Notes under the pieces: generated by a model
Seen by the model: only the letters and a program-made list of their open reading frames with translations
What the model was told of the DNA's origin: nothing
The model's database searches: none
Assembly (NCBI GenBank): GCA_036172245.1
Contig: JAYWIR010000018.1
Coordinates: forward strand, 124,001 to 188,000
Length of the DNA: 64,000 bases
From: Raillietiella orientalis
Lineage: Eukaryota
Reading direction: 5' to 3'
Part shown: piece after piece, positions 12,897 through 26,970 of the stretch
Numbering within the stretch: the stretch's first letter is position 1
Layout of the letters: every line of letters begins with the position of its first letter
Position numbers and translations under genes: made by a program

Positions 12897-15800
12897 AGCT
12901 GGTGTCTGTAAACACGATGTGCAGACATTCCTCAAGAATAGGACTGATTTGATGAACCTGAGAGGGGCCTCCATCCATCCTTCATGGAGACATCTGTTAT
13001 TGGGAGAATATACCTTGCTACACCAGGTATAAGGGTGTCGAGGGTATCAGGGAGGAGTTGAGAGATTGGTTGGTTGTCCCTCGGATACTAGACGGGACTG
13101 TTGAAGTAGACTGTCGGACGTACCGTACCTCTTGCGAGGAAACACTCCTCACTCTACTGGAACCTGGTACGGGTCCTGGTATGTGCTCAGATAATTTCTT
13201 TCATTTGTCAGAGTGGATCCACATCACAGGCAGTAATCGTAAGACTAATCCAGTGTTGACACGGTGGAGTCTGGTAGGATACGGCATCGTAACCCCGCGC
13301 TCAGACTGGAGGTACGGTATGTGGTCTGACATTGAACCCACCATCGAAAAGCCATAGTTCCTCGAATCGACCTCATCGAGTATTCTCATAGTCCCTTCCC
13401 TCTCATCTGCAGGATACCGGCTGTAATTTGAAGCTGGCGTGACGCTTTTATCGGTACCTTACGTTGTGGGGGTGGTCCCATTGTGGAGTTGGGAGTAGAT
13501 GCATTAGCAAAAGGTTCGACAGAAGATTTTGTCATGAACCAAAAAAAAGAAGTAAGAGGAAAAGCAGTCGAGGGAAAGTGTTGTCACTGAGTGACGTGAG
13601 CGTGTGTCGAGCGATGCAGAAGCACAGTCGTTCGACAAAACGCTGATCTTCGATCAGAAGTAAGGATCAGTTCAAAAATGCAAGTGACGGAAGGAGAGTC
13701 GGTGAGACCTTTTAGAATTCAGAAGCAAGAATTTCAAGTAGGAGACCTTATATTTGATTATATATTTGATTCTTCATCGAGAAAGCTTCCTGCTTCGGTG
13801 CGAAATTGCGCATTGTGTCAGCAAGCTTGGTTGGATTTAATAGAAAAACATCCCTGCAGCGCAGGCTACTGCAGGGAAACCAGAGGACCAGAGGACTTGG
13901 TCAGTTCAAACGCCGTGACCCTCGTATCACCAAGAACGCCTTGTGCAGAGTTACTTTGGCCGAGCTGCAAATGCAGCTAATTAAATCGCCTTGTGTTAGT
14001 CATACCAATTGGCATAACTAAACAAACAGTATTACCAATTGGTAGTGAGCATAAAACCACTTGCGATGCTAATTCACGGGTGAGAGAGCTTGTCACCCGT
14101 GGATCAAAGTACTGATGTTCCAGACCCATGCGTGAATCCGCTAAGAGAGGCGGGCGGTGACCGCGTTACCGCGAGTACACCCCGGACCTAACCCTTTTAC
14201 CGTCCCGTTTCAATCTTCGTGCAATGGTGATGGCATTTTCAGATGCACAAATTATATGTCCTGTGCGAGACAGAACTGCCCGATACCCAATGCAGTATTG
14301 ATAAATCCCGGTGATATAATGCCAGCTAATTATAATTGAGCGGCAGTAAGTGCGGAGCTTGATTAACTGAGCATTACCACTGGGCAAATCACAGGAGGAT
14401 ACTCCCACCTGGTTAGTGCGTCTTTCGGCGAATTTCGCCTTGAGAGTGCGCAGGTTGAATGTGATTTGCTGATTCTCCGTTCGCTTTACCAGTGCAGACG
14501 ACCGGAGCAGGAGATCAGCCATCAGTCAGGCGACCGTCAGGAGACTTTTGACGCGTCACTGACGATAAGAATTCCAAGAATTCCAGACTGCCAGGTTCAG
14601 TTTGAACCCGGCGGTCAAGGATGTAGCTAGGAACTATTTCCTGGTCATGACGGTAGTGATGCTACCACGAATTTGAGATAGGGATCCGTTTTCGCATCAT
14701 AGGATGAGGTAGATATTGCGCTCTTCTGCTGGTGGACAACCGACACTTCGGAAATCACCTCCGAGACGAAGGAATCTACGAGCCGCCCATTCCAGCGACT
14801 CCAGAAGACTCTCAAGTCTTCTGGAGTCGTAAGTAGTCTCGTTGTCTCTGAAGAGACAACGAGGAAAAAAGAGCCTACTTTGAGCAGAAAAGCCAGCCAA
14901 AATACAAAAAACCACATATCCATGCAGTGCTGTGCTACCGTAACGGTTTTCATGAGTGGCTTCGTATGCCATAGTTTCCGTTTCCGATCGTGGAAATGCT
15001 AAACTGTGCTGTACTACAGTACATTGTACTTAGCTACTTTTGGCAAGAGGAAGTACCGCTCAACTCAAGGGAGTTGAATGCCAGTGAATCCAAATCAGCA
15101 TCTCATCTATGTATCTCATTATGTCTCATTATGTAACAACTCATTATGTATCCGGAACAATCTATCCACCAAGGTATGGGAGAAGCATCAATAGATTTGC
15201 TTAAAGCATACAAGAACGAAATAGAAGCTCAGAAGCCCTACAACAGAAGAGCTCTTCAATATTGAAGAAGTACATATGTTCCATCACAGTACCATACATG
15301 AAGTGTATATAAGAAAAACGTAGGAGCAGTACTTTCCCTTTTCCCTAGTACCCTATTCCAAGCGTGGACAACAACGAAATCCTGAATGACACCGTGCCGT
15401 AATCAACCCATCCGTAGCTACATGAACAACGAAAGCTGGAGGAGTTGGGCATTAACGTCAAATACGCTGCCACGCTGCCATGGGTACTCCCAACACTCAG
15501 TGCTCGAAGAGCCAAGTGGAGACACAGACCAGCACAGTCACTGTGACGGGTCAAAGTAATATATTTTTCGAACTGCTAGCGTATGGTAGGCGACTAATAG
15601 ATAATAGATGTCAAGGCAAAGCAGGAAAGTGGCCCTAAAAAACAGGAATCTACCAACATCCATCCTGAGAGATTACTCAACTGAACATGATAAGTTCCCA
15701 AACCCCCATTGATGATTGCACTGATGCTATAACTATCGCAGATTATGGCAATGATGGCCGAGTGACTACTTATCCGCAAACTGAAATGCGGCGAGCTATA

Positions 15801-16688
15801 TTCGGAATATCAAAAGGAAATCACATTTCAAAGAATTGTTGTAAGGTGAAGATCATGGGAGCATGGAGACGTGCTCAGCGTCCATGCTCCTAGTATCATA
15901 ATGGATTAACATCGACGGTGCGAAGGATTTGCAATTTTCGTGGGATCCATATTTTATCATCGACTATCAAAGACAGAACACAAACCGCACCTCTTTCCAC
16001 CAAGTACAGAGTTAGTAATGCGTCAGAAAATCGTTTCTTCGAAATCCGTCGTGGGACTATCCTAGTAGACAGCCTATCTGTACTCACATGAAGCTGTTCA
16101 GAGGATCACAGTTAGGGATGGTAGCAAAAGTGGTGGTTCAAGCAGCTGTCGAAAATAGCTACATAGGACCCATTAGCAAGATGACTGAATTGAATGCTGA
16201 AGATTTTAGAAAAATTCAGTGTATCCATTTAGGATAAGAAACTGGTAACCTAACACTCCAGTGCTCGAGGAGCTAGACAGAGACGTTTATAAGAAGAAGT
16301 GGACCACAAAAAAGTTTTCCAAGCAGTATTAGCAACCCAGAAGGCAGCGTCATCAATGGAGGCGGCTGTGAGAACAACCAAGGACGGCTGTAGAGGCAAC
16401 GCAGGCCAATTGGACCTGTATCACTGAACATCAGATGGCGGATACCAGCGGAATATCAGAACGTTGTCCTTTACTGACGAACGTGAAGCTGCAAATTTTT
16501 GACTCATGATTTTCTGGATCTGCTGGAAGCGGTCTGGCAGCGGTCTGGCTGGGTCTGCCAAAACATGCAGGCCTCATCTCGCTGAGCAACCTGATTAGTA
16601 CCTTACACATAAGGTACCTATTTGTTCGAAAAGCAGTTCTATTTGGCAGAAACAGTGAAACAAGGTTGGCATTTGCTACCACGGAGAT

Positions 16689-18409
16689 CAATGAATGCAT
16701 CGCCAACACAGGATACCAACGAAGTCCACAACATTATTGAACACTACAGGTGAGATTTAGACAAACAAATGATGGTCCAATTCAATGTTTGGACAGTAAT
16801 CGTAAGAGTAAAGCCCAACGGTGCAACAAAAAGGCATATTGAAAGTTCTCACAAATCACAGCCAAGAATTGATTTCGATATTGATTCCTTATTGTGAAGA
16901 ACTCTGAAAGAAAGATGACGATCTTAGATGACAAACAAAGCTGACTCGTCAGATTTGACAGTGGTGAAAAATTTACAGTTCTGACATAAAGACAGTCCTG
17001 CTGACAATCCGAGTGCTTGGAGATGCATTTGGAAACATTCCACATGCAGCGTTTAACGAGCCATAGTGGATGGGTGGGAAAGTTCATGATGCACGCTGCT
17101 GCAACCGAACACGAGGCTCCAGGAGATACACACACGCCAAAAGAATTACTTCTGGGTTATCCCTATGGGTTCGGTTGGCACACTGGAAACGTAACAAGCC
17201 TGCAGATCTCGTATCAATCTACGAGTCTTCGAAAGATCAACTACTAGGCGTGAAGCACACATTGAAGAATTCCTTCCTTTCCAATACACAAACGAACCGA
17301 GAGTGTGGTCAACCACGAAATCGACAGAAAATGAACGAGTCGTTTACAAAGAGAACGTCCAGGCGGAGCCATGGCACCTTCGCCACAGCAACCCAACAGA
17401 AACATCAAATTCTTTTGAATTACCTGAAACTTGCTGAGCCCACCGTTCCCTTCCGGAGAGAGTGCACTGAACTCCCGCCACCAACTCGAAGAACTCGCAC
17501 TGCCTCGCTCAAGCGCTGGCAATTTAAGTCGACGCCGCGACCACCCTCGCAAATGTCCTCTAGCGCTTCCGGTTGCAAGGGCCGGTTCGTTTCGAAGCCC
17601 CCGTGTCGCGTGCAGTGGCTGCCAGACTGGCGAAAGCACCCGCATACTTCCAAAGCGATCCCTAAAAGTCCGTACTGCATTTGTTGGCAGCAACCAACAA
17701 GTGCCTCGCAGCAAGTCGGTGGTTGCAAAAGGTGGCATTGCCTACAGAGTTTACTGCTCCTTCCAGACACGCGATTTCAGTATCAGGCAAACACAGCCCC
17801 GGGCAAAACAAAGCAGAAAGCGCTGGCCGAGTAGCGAAGGCGTCGTGAAGCAACGCTCTTCCGCATTTCCGAGATGCACTCCGTTATGCGAATTCGAAAT
17901 GCGGGTGCACCACTTTTTGTGCACTGTGCTGATCTTTCTTGCCTTAATACGCTAACGAAGCACCCTGACATCAAATCTTCCTTTCATCCATTCATTGTGC
18001 ACCACGAGGACCGATTACGAATGCACTCGGTGGCTCTTCCGTTTCTTTCTCCGGCACGAACTGACTTCTCTCGGGGATGGAGTGTGCATTCCAATGCAGG
18101 AGGGCTTGTGAAAATTGACTCCTCTTCTTGCACTTCTGAGAACAACAGTGTGCGCTCATTTCGAGTTCCAAGCAAAGCGCAGATCTCCGAGGCAAAGTCT
18201 TTCAAGAAAAAAAAGCAACTTCCTGGAAGCAAAAAAGACCTTGTGGGGTGAGTGGAAGAGAGAAGAGTTTGCTTCTGGGTGAACAGTCAGGGATTGGATC
18301 AACTGATCTAAAACCGAAAATTGGCAGAGGCGATTTCAACTTGCAACAGAAACGCAGTAGAAAGTAGTCGCGATGCCTACTCAATTCTGTTCTTGCATTC
18401 TTCGTCAAG
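16689..18409 (+). repeat. 1.7 kb direct duplication, copy 1
   Basis: Matches 52093-53812 at an offset of about 35403. All ORF translations from 17070 onward are identical between copies. Scattered SNPs and indels occur only in the first ~340 bp. The 3' end contains a GDFN endonuclease-like motif near 18330. Confidence 0.95.
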
Positions 18410-19649
18410 ATTTCCACATTCCTTTCCACATTTCGTGGAATTTCGTGTGGAGAAATATGTCAGGTCTTAATCCAGGAGCAGGTTTTCTCGCAATCTAAAT
18501 TACATTTGTAAGATTATGAAATGGAATTAAGGAAAAGCAATTGGCTCCATGAGAATTCAAAATTGTAATTCTGTCCTGTTTTGCATAAAGTGGAAGATCA
18601 TGGAAACGTGCAAGACGACTGTCGACGATACCAATCGTGCCTTGTCCAATGAGAGGACCGTCTACTTCTAATTGATTACCTTTGATATCCAGAAATCCCC
18701 TAGTGTTCTCTGATTTTTCATATATATTTCTGAGTTTACCTCTCCTGAGCACTCAACATGAGAATTATACAGAGAAGACACATATATTCTGTTCGCACAT
18801 CACATGAAAGCTGCCTAAATTGAGGACAAGTTAACATCAAAATTTCTTTCGCAATTTACACATTGAGTTACCACAGAGTAAAACGATAGCTGAGAATTAG
18901 GCAAAACACTGTCTGTCGCCCATGTCATAAAAATTCGATTCACTTTCAGCAACGGTACGACATGAGTCTTCTTCGAAACCTGGTCGAAAACACCGTTCGC
19001 ATCAGCTTCCGGATGCTCTGCGTGCCCATGAGGCCGAAAGTCAGGGCAGGAAGCGCGGGGAGTCCTATACTGTCCAACGTTTACTCCAGCAGGTGCTTAA
19101 CAGCTATAAAAGAACTTCGGCGACTATACCAAAATCCTGTTTATGCATTCCTGAGGTTTACGTCGACCACCATCTTGTCCTGTTGCATCCACCAATATGG
19201 CAGGATCTCTGAAAGCGTTCATCTAGTTGATGAATTCAAAGAGCAGGCAGGCGCCTCAACAAGTTGTGTTCACAATGGCCAAAGACATAATCCTGAATCT
19301 TCACATACCGATAGATCAAAATCCTCAGAGCCTTAAAAGCCATAAAATCGCTTATCCCGAAAGATTGAAATCCTGAAAACAATTCGTCATTTACTGAGGA
19401 ATTTCAATCACTGAGTGCTAGAAATGAAATAGTTACAAAGATAAAATAGATGGCTAGGGAATTATGAAAAATAATGCCGGCAATCTAAAATAGTGGAGCA
19501 AAAATTAAAATGCAAAGCAAAAGGGGGGGAGAGAGAGAATTCGACATATTTCCGTTTTCAAGGACAAAAATCGACTGTCCAGATCGGCGGAAGAATTCTT
19601 GGTATCATCACGAAGGGAATATTTTCCTCCTTTGTAAGAGCTGAACAGT

Positions 19650-20350
19650 GAGAGAAAGCATGGCAATCTCGGGTAAAGAAGCATCTGGACCAAATGTGAG
19701 TTTTGAGCCTACCCGTAAGATGGAATTGCAAGCCACTATCCAGCATTGTTTGCCCTTCGAATCTTCAGTTTGGAGTAGCAGGTTGTCGTCCTTTTAGTAA
19801 GGAATTTGACTACTTGACTCAATCATTATGTAATGAAACGTCGTCTCCGATCTTCTAAGAAGATCGGCAGCTTCTCCTGAAGGCTTTGCGTACATTTGAA
19901 TGAACAGCATGCATCAGTCTGTGAGAGATGTGAGAAGCATCTTCTTGCATCAAGCGAATCACAGTGAAACCCTACATGGAGAGATCCTCCGTTTGCTCCC
20001 GATACTTGGGAACGGGAGACTGGCATGATGCTTGCGTTGCGCAGTGCGGACGCCAGCTTCTTGCGCATGCTGTGGTCAAAGTTCATATCTACGGTGAGTC
20101 GTTTGGGTCTCCTTTCATCAAACGTGCACAGTGAAAGCATCAGAACAAATGCCCTACAGCCCGTAGGTTTCGTACAGCTACTCTCTATCCTTCTATTTTT
20201 CAGGCACTTCCTAAAGATAAATCTCCAAGCTCTGCGTCTGTTAACGTGTCTGGTGGTTCTGTGACAATTCCAGCATGCAAACTTGCTCGGAGGATTCCAG
20301 ACGCAGCTGAGCCGGGATGCTGCCCAAATCATCAGGAAGGATCATGAGGA
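19650..20350 (-). mobile_element. LINE ORF2 C-terminal remnant
   Basis: Minus-strand RCFFTRDCHAFSHC near 19650-19690 resembles the C-terminal Zn-finger (H.F..C) region. The rest is degenerate. Confidence 0.35.
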
Positions 20351-21299
20351 CGAGACCAGAGTATATACACGTCATCATAGAAGCGTTTGTTTGTGGCTGT
20401 TAACAAAAAAAAAAAACAGGACTCTTTTCCATTGATTTCCCTATTATCTCATCTGTAAAGTGGTAAACACCCTTGATATACCAACAAAACCTCTAATGAT
20501 CGGAGAGAATCGGGAAGAGGAATACTTTCGAGACTTTAATCTCTTGGTGATTACGGAGTTCACACTTTCCTCAGTTCCGACTTGCAGTGGGGTGAATTTA
20601 TTTAACACCAAGAAAGATAGAACTACATGATTTTCGCTCTTATCCACTCACATTTTCTCTCTGCCTTCTCACGCAGTTTGTTTTCTGCTTTCCCCCACAC
20701 AGTGTCCTTTTGACTATCATCATCGAGGTGTTTTCCTTTGGATGAGATGACTGGGGACTGGAGGGAAGTTCACTCACTCACTTACCAACGTCCGCGATCT
20801 TTTTCAAGATGAAGCGGTACGTCGAGGCGTTATCATGCCGCAGCTCGTAATCCCTATCTCTCGTCTCATCAATTCTTGTATCCTCTTGTCCTTGCTTTAC
20901 ACGCCGTTGATGTTCTAGGAGGCGATCCTCAGGCTACCTGTAGTCAACAGGAAGGGGTTGATTGGTGTTTCATGTGCCGTTCTTCTCGTTTTTCTTTTTC
21001 TTTCGAAAAGTGGTCATCCGTTTTTCGGATGGTCTCTTCTACTCCGTGTCGCTCTCCGACTCGATGCAGTCTCTCTTTTCCCCGAATCCGAAAACCGGGA
21101 GGGAGGGGAGAAATCTATTAAAACCAACTTTTAAACAAGCAACTTTAGGCAAACAACTTTTGTGTCGCTTCCTTTTTTCTTTTTTCTTTCCGATGTTTTC
21201 TTCGCCAATAACTTCACTATTCTTGCACTGTTCATTCCACTTCACTTTCACTTTCACATTTGTGCATCCTTTGAAGTTTGGGTTCAGGATGGGTGCAGG

Positions 21300-21780
21300 G
21301 TTGTTCCTTCTGCCTGGACGTGGTCGTTAATCTTTCTCAGGATGTAGCGATACGTCCAGTCGGGGACTTTCCTCAGCTCCTGATCCTTATCTCCTTTTGC
21401 ACGAGCCTTTTCAAGATTTCGAATGCTGGTATTCCTCTTTGGGATCTGCGCATCTTCACCCTTCTGATCACAATTGCTGTGATGAAGAGAGCAAGCGTGG
21501 TTCGAACCATCGGGTTGTACAGTTGGACGTTTCCGTTCCCCTGAAACAAACCCGCCACCATCCCCATCTTTTTACTTCTCTGCAATTTAGGTCATCGCCT
21601 TCATTTCCTGCCAATCAGGTCGAAGCGTGGGGCAGGTGAATACTGCGGAAGCTGCGTTTCTTCCGCCCCACACGCCTTGCAGAGTCCATCTTGGATGCTC
21701 CCGGTCCAGTGTCGAAGTCTGGAGCTACTCAGGATCCCCCCGTGATAGAACAACAGGAGGTTGTCCTGGGTGTCCGGGGG
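21300..21780 (-). mobile_element. LINE ORF2 C-terminal end (Zn finger plus terminal helix)
   Basis: HWTG...CKACG...FTCP, then LFQGNGNVQLYNPMVRTTLALFITAI. Clearly homologous to 43774-44020 plus (MFQGNGNVPRYNPMVRITIAFFVTSI). Confidence 0.75.
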
Positions 21781-22451
21781 AAGGCCACTCCTCCGGAGTG
21801 CAGCCCCGACCGCCTACACGTTTGCGTGCTCAAGTCCGTAGAGGCTCGAGGCTGCATCGAGGGCTTCATCATCTTGGTGTTTCTTCAAAGTTTCTTCCTT
21901 TATGTTGGCTTTGTTCATCAGCAGCCACGCCTGATATGGCAGCAATACTCGCGCCTCAGTCTCCCTCGTCGGCTACGACATTGCCCGTGCGCAAGGTTGA
22001 TATGGCAATTGTTTCCAAAACTCCTGCGTTCTGCCACTGAATCTTCGTTTCATCTCTATGCTGAAGCAGAAAGGCCGCACTTGGTGGCGATTTCCACTGC
22101 TGGCGAACTGTTCGCAAAGCAAACTTATTTTCAACCTTTGCCTCCGGTGTATCCAAAGAAAAGATTCCCTTGGAACAGACGTCAAGTGAGGTATCTCCAG
22201 GACTAGTTCTTCTTAAATTTCTCTGCTTCTGGGCACAACCTTGAATTAATGAAGTCTCACTAGTGCCTGTTTCCTTTTCCAGTTGGGATCAATGTTCATT
22301 TACTCACTCTCTATGAGGTTAGACATCAGGAGTCTCGAGTTGCTCAGCAACTTCGACTAAACTCTATGAGCTGCAAAAGGCCACTTGTCTCATTTCTCGG
22401 TGGGCTGCAGAAGTTGCCATGCCCCCATAGTCTGCATCCAACAAAAAATTC

Positions 22452-23934
22452 CTATCCCACTTTCCTGTCAAGCGAGGCACAAAACTTTGAGCCTAACCCT
22501 CGGCTTGAATCCAATGGTCCACGGTATCGAATGCTTTCTCCGTATCGGTGAAATCCAGCACCAGGTTCAGGTTCGAGGGCATCTTGTTGTTGCTCCTTGC
22601 TAGAGCCTGAATGCACTTCTTGTTCGATCTCTACTAGCCCCTTCTCTATCTGCGCAACTTGCACCAACTCCTCGCAAGGCACGGCAACTCCCGTCGGCTC
22701 TCCGGAGGCTTGTTGGGCCTGTTGCCTCAGCCTTCTCTTTCCTTTTTTCCTTTTGACCTCAGTAAATTGTTCTGCCTTTATAACAGTCTCCTCGGTCGAA
22801 GGAGCATTTTCTCTTTTTACTTTTTCTGTCTCTGGCATCTCCGGAATAAGCGGCAGTTTCTGGATCACTCTCCAGTTCGCATCCCGCTGGCATTCCTTTT
22901 TAGCAAGCGACAGCACCGGCTGGTTATATGCTTTAAGAAAGTGGCTCTGTTGGCCACACCTGTAACACCGTTTCCTAAGGCAAGCTCCGACACGGTGCCC
23001 GAACACCATGCATCCAACACAGGAAACAGACTGCTGCCTGCATTTGTTAAGAACGCCTTGGGAGTAGGCATCGATGTTGGCCACTCCCGGAAACTTGGCT
23101 TCATCGAACATTTTGATCCTGGCCATACCTTTTCTGGTGAATGTTTTCCTCATGTGGTTTCTGAATTCCAAATGGGTGACTTTCTCGAATTGGCAGAGGT
23201 ACTCCAGATTGCTGCCCTCAGGGTATGGATAAGCATCCATAAGGCATCCGTAAGGCAATCTGGAGTACCACAAAAATCCTGCGATTCCTTGCAGGAATAC
23301 TGTGGTGTTCGAGCTTTCTTCAGTATCACGCATCCTTCTTTTATTAATATTGAACCTCTGCTCCATGAGCGCGCCAACAAGCGGCTCACACAATGTATGA
23401 ATTGTAAAGCCCATTGCGCAAGGTATGATTGCCTGGATCCCGTCAAAGTCGACATTTTCCTTATGCAATGCTATGTATGTCTTTCACGTTGCCAATTTTT
23501 AGGGGTCCGTCTTAGAGGTCACTTGCCTTGACTTTCAGCCCGACTATAATTATCGAAACGTCCCCTCGTTGGATGGCGAGGACTTCCGACTTTACTGGTG
23601 TCCTTTTGTGTGCCTAAAGCACACTTGGAAAACCGACAGCCGTTGACATCTAGTTGGATTTTGGGGCAGCCACTGCCACGGCTGCGTGGGACAGCGGCTG
23701 TTGTGGCGTGCCTGCTGCCACTGCTGGTGCGAGCCCTTTATTGGAGGGGCCAGGTTGGCACGCCTCCATGGGCAAAGAGTTGTCTTTGAATTTGCTGATG
23801 TCCCAGTCGTTTCCATGGATAATTTCTCGATGTGCTTCTCGGGGATCGTTCGGTAGCTGCAGTCCAACATGACGCTCCCTTAAACTACTTGCCTGGTATC
23901 GTGGCCAACATTGCCCATTGTGAGCGCAATTCAA
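22452..23934 (-). mobile_element. Gag-like ORF1 of an L1/Tx1-type LINE with CCHC zinc knuckles, disrupted at the 5' end
   Basis: The 338-aa ORF 22452-23468 has CVGCMVFGHRVGAC and CYRCGQQSHFLKAY (second knuckle degenerate), followed by a basic KRKKGKRR tract. Confidence 0.8.
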
Positions 23935-23949
23935 ACCTCAGAATCAGAG

Positions 23950-24700
23950 AGGTACTTATTTGTACTCTCCAAGCTGCGACCGGGGAGTCGATGTAGTCTC
24001 TGGTTTTGCCGAAGATGTTTACGAAGTTCTCAGCCTAAAATGGTCTCTCCTTTAAAACTAGAGATTTCGATGCTAAACCCCTCGCCTTGTGATACCCCAG
24101 TACAAACGAATTCCTCAAGTGACTATAGGCAAATGGTTGTAAGGTCAGCCATTTTGTCTACTGAGTTCAAAAATCGTCTCCTCTCTTTTCGTGGGTTCTT
24201 GTACGAGGTGATGCAAAATGATACACTTTGGAAGGCTCATCCCAATATCGAGTACAATTGTCTAATGGCAGGAAAAATTCCTAGAAGGTTTTTTCGGATT
24301 GCCACTAACAACTCAACGGTGATGGCATGTGAGCCAAGATGAAGGATACGAACTGTTGGCACCTGAAGCACCTTACAAATTACTATCTGACTATTGATAA
24401 AACCTCAGAAATAGAAGGTACAGTGTTTCACGCAAGTGCAATTTTTGCTGCTCAGAAGGCTTATCGGCGGTGATGTAAAATCGAACATTACAAACAAAGC
24501 TACAATCCGCATACCACATGAATGAATGACGTCATAATCCCATGCGTCCCTTTTGAGAGGGAATGATTTGAAAAGCATGAAACAAGCTTCGCCTAAATCT
24601 AGATGACTGAAAAGATGCTCGTTCAAGTGCCACCATGCGAAAGTATTACACTCATCTTGGAGAATTCTCGGGTCTACATCTTAGCAATTGTTTCGGTTAG
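23950..24700 (-). mobile_element. Decayed LINE RT remnant
   Basis: Ordered minus-strand motifs PPISLLS (~24460), AFQSV (~24230) and GVSQGEG (~24090), corresponding to RPISLL, KAFDSV and GVRQGDP. Confidence 0.55.
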
Positions 24701-25899
24701 ATACTGTTAACCCAGAAAAATGATTCGCCAAATCGAAGATTTTAATAACCAATGGGTTCTGCTTGGCTACAGTAGAGCGCTCTGAAGAAGGCATCTCATC
24801 AAAGGTTGGTGTGCCTACAACTTGACTCCTTGGAGCCTTACAGAAGGGAGAAGGATGCAAGTATCTTTCTGGGTTAACAGGATCTCTTGGGTGGGGATGA
24901 ATGAGTTTTCTGCAGAGATGGACAAGTAACGCGTTACGAAGTAACGCGGGGTGACACGTTCTTCTGGACCCATAGCTGGTGCCACTTTCGAGCTTCTACC
25001 ACACGGCAATGCTCATTGCCAGTACACCTCCCGCCTTTGCGAATAGCAACAAGGTACATAAAAGGAAGATGCCCTGAGAATGAGACGTTGAGTCTGCTAA
25101 GAATGAATTCGATGAGCATAATGAACAGAGAACCAAGAAGCATCGCTGCTTCGCTCTTGGTAGGATTCGAATGCTTATGAACTGGATACTCTCCTGGACG
25201 GAAGTAGAATAGTCTCCCAAAGGTCCTTTGCAGTTGTCTATGACTTCGCTTTTTTTAGTGTTTCCTGCAAGAACTTGTGCAATAGCTCATTGTGAGCATA
25301 CTCAAATAACAATGCAAATGCAAAGACCCCTTGAGAACCATTCTGTAGATGCCCTGCAGAACGGTTTGGTTTCTTCGCCAAACCGTGTCCAAAGGGTGAA
25401 CTATTGTTCGAGTGAGGACGTGAATATTTCTTCATAAATGAAAATTCATTCCTAAACCTTGTACGACGATTACTTTGCATGAAATTGCTAGGATGCTGTC
25501 CTTGACGAATGTTGACCTTTAGTTGTCTAGGAAGTCCCAAATCGGGAAAGAATTGGAAACCGACGCTGTTCGTGTTTCCTTCCACCAACGTCAAGTTTTT
25601 TCTTTCCAGCTATAAAGAGATATTGAATGTGAGGATCTGCAATTCTGTATGGATATCCAGGGATCTCCACCCTACTGGAGTCCCTCTATCAGAGCTGGTC
25701 TCGAAGAGTTCTTGAATTTCGGAAAGTTGAAGAGACTCTGTCGGAAGCAAGTGGAATGAGATTCATTGGGATCGTCGAATTGCGCTGTCCTCTAGTGACG
25801 ATATATCCAACGTAGTTCCGCTTTCAAACATTCTATGCAAACGTCTTCTTACTTCCTGAGCACGTATGCAACATTGGATGACTCCGCTGCTTCACAGTC

Positions 25900-26970
25900 C
25901 CTCGCATTCCTCGAACGTCGTTTTGCTTCTGTGTCCCAAGGTACGCCGAGAAACAAGGGAATCACCTTGAAGTGTTAGTTGTCCGAGAGTTCTTTGCACT
26001 TGGGAATGGTCTTCAGTTTCGAGGTTCTGAATCCTCGGCCAGGCCAAGTGGACACTTTCCGGGTACTCTATGTAAGCACTCTACGCAAGACTTTGTGCAC
26101 CAGTCTTGCGTAGGCGCGCTGGAACAAGAACGGCCAGCCGTACCACGCGCTGACGATTTGGACGACATGTTTGTGGTCTTGGAGCTTCACGGCATTGGCG
26201 ATGTCTCGCATAGTGTGACCTCCTTCCGCCTGCGGGAGACACAGGTGCTCCATCTTTACTTTGGGTACTCTCCCGCTGCAGAAGAGTTCCTCTGGATGCC
26301 GACCAGTTCTGTTTCAGTCCTTGAGGAGATGGAAAGGAAAGATGCCGCGGAGAGAAACTTTGGCGTCATCGTCCCGTTCCAGAGGTTGGCCTCGTCTTCG
26401 AGAAGATATATCTTTTCTCTGACGGACCGGCTGGTATCTTCCCTTATTTTGGCCAGGGTGGTCTGTCACTGCTGCTTCTCCGTGACTGGTGGTTCGTCAC
26501 CGATAGCACTCCCAGATATTTCACTCGGTCTGGAAGCCGTGAGAGTGGAGGAAGGTGACTTCCGGTATTCGCGCAGCGAGGAGATGGGACTTTCTGAGAT
26601 TCACCTTTGGGTCTTGTTCGCCCTTCATGGCCTTCATGATGTCCACGAACGCTTTCTCATCCCACTTGTCCGACATGACGAAGAGCAGGTCGTTGGCATA
26701 CTCCAGGAGCGCGATAGTTTCTTCTTCCAGATTGACGCCTCTTATCTGGCTCTCGTTGGTAACGATGGAGCTCACTGCCTGCATGCACATCACGAAGATC
26801 GTGGGGCTCAGGGTGTCAACCTGCCGGACTCCTCTTCCCATCCTGACCTCCTCCGAAGTCAGCCCATTCCCGTTGATTGTGAAGTTCTCCTTGTCCAGAA
26901 TGTGAGCCACGTACTGAAGGAACTTACCTTGGAAGCCCAGTTTCCGCAGAATCTTCAGCAGCATGGAATG
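25900..26970 (-). mobile_element. L1/Tx1-like reverse transcriptase fragment
   Basis: LRKLGF, GRGVRQVDTLSPTIF, EYANDLL (catalytic YADD mutated) and KVNLRKS, with LCLPQAEGG downstream. Confidence 0.9.

Noticed and set aside
17070..17834. 254-aa ORF conserved identically at 52473-53237, as a real gene
   Set aside because: Identity reflects the DNA duplication, since every frame is identical. No domain was recognised.
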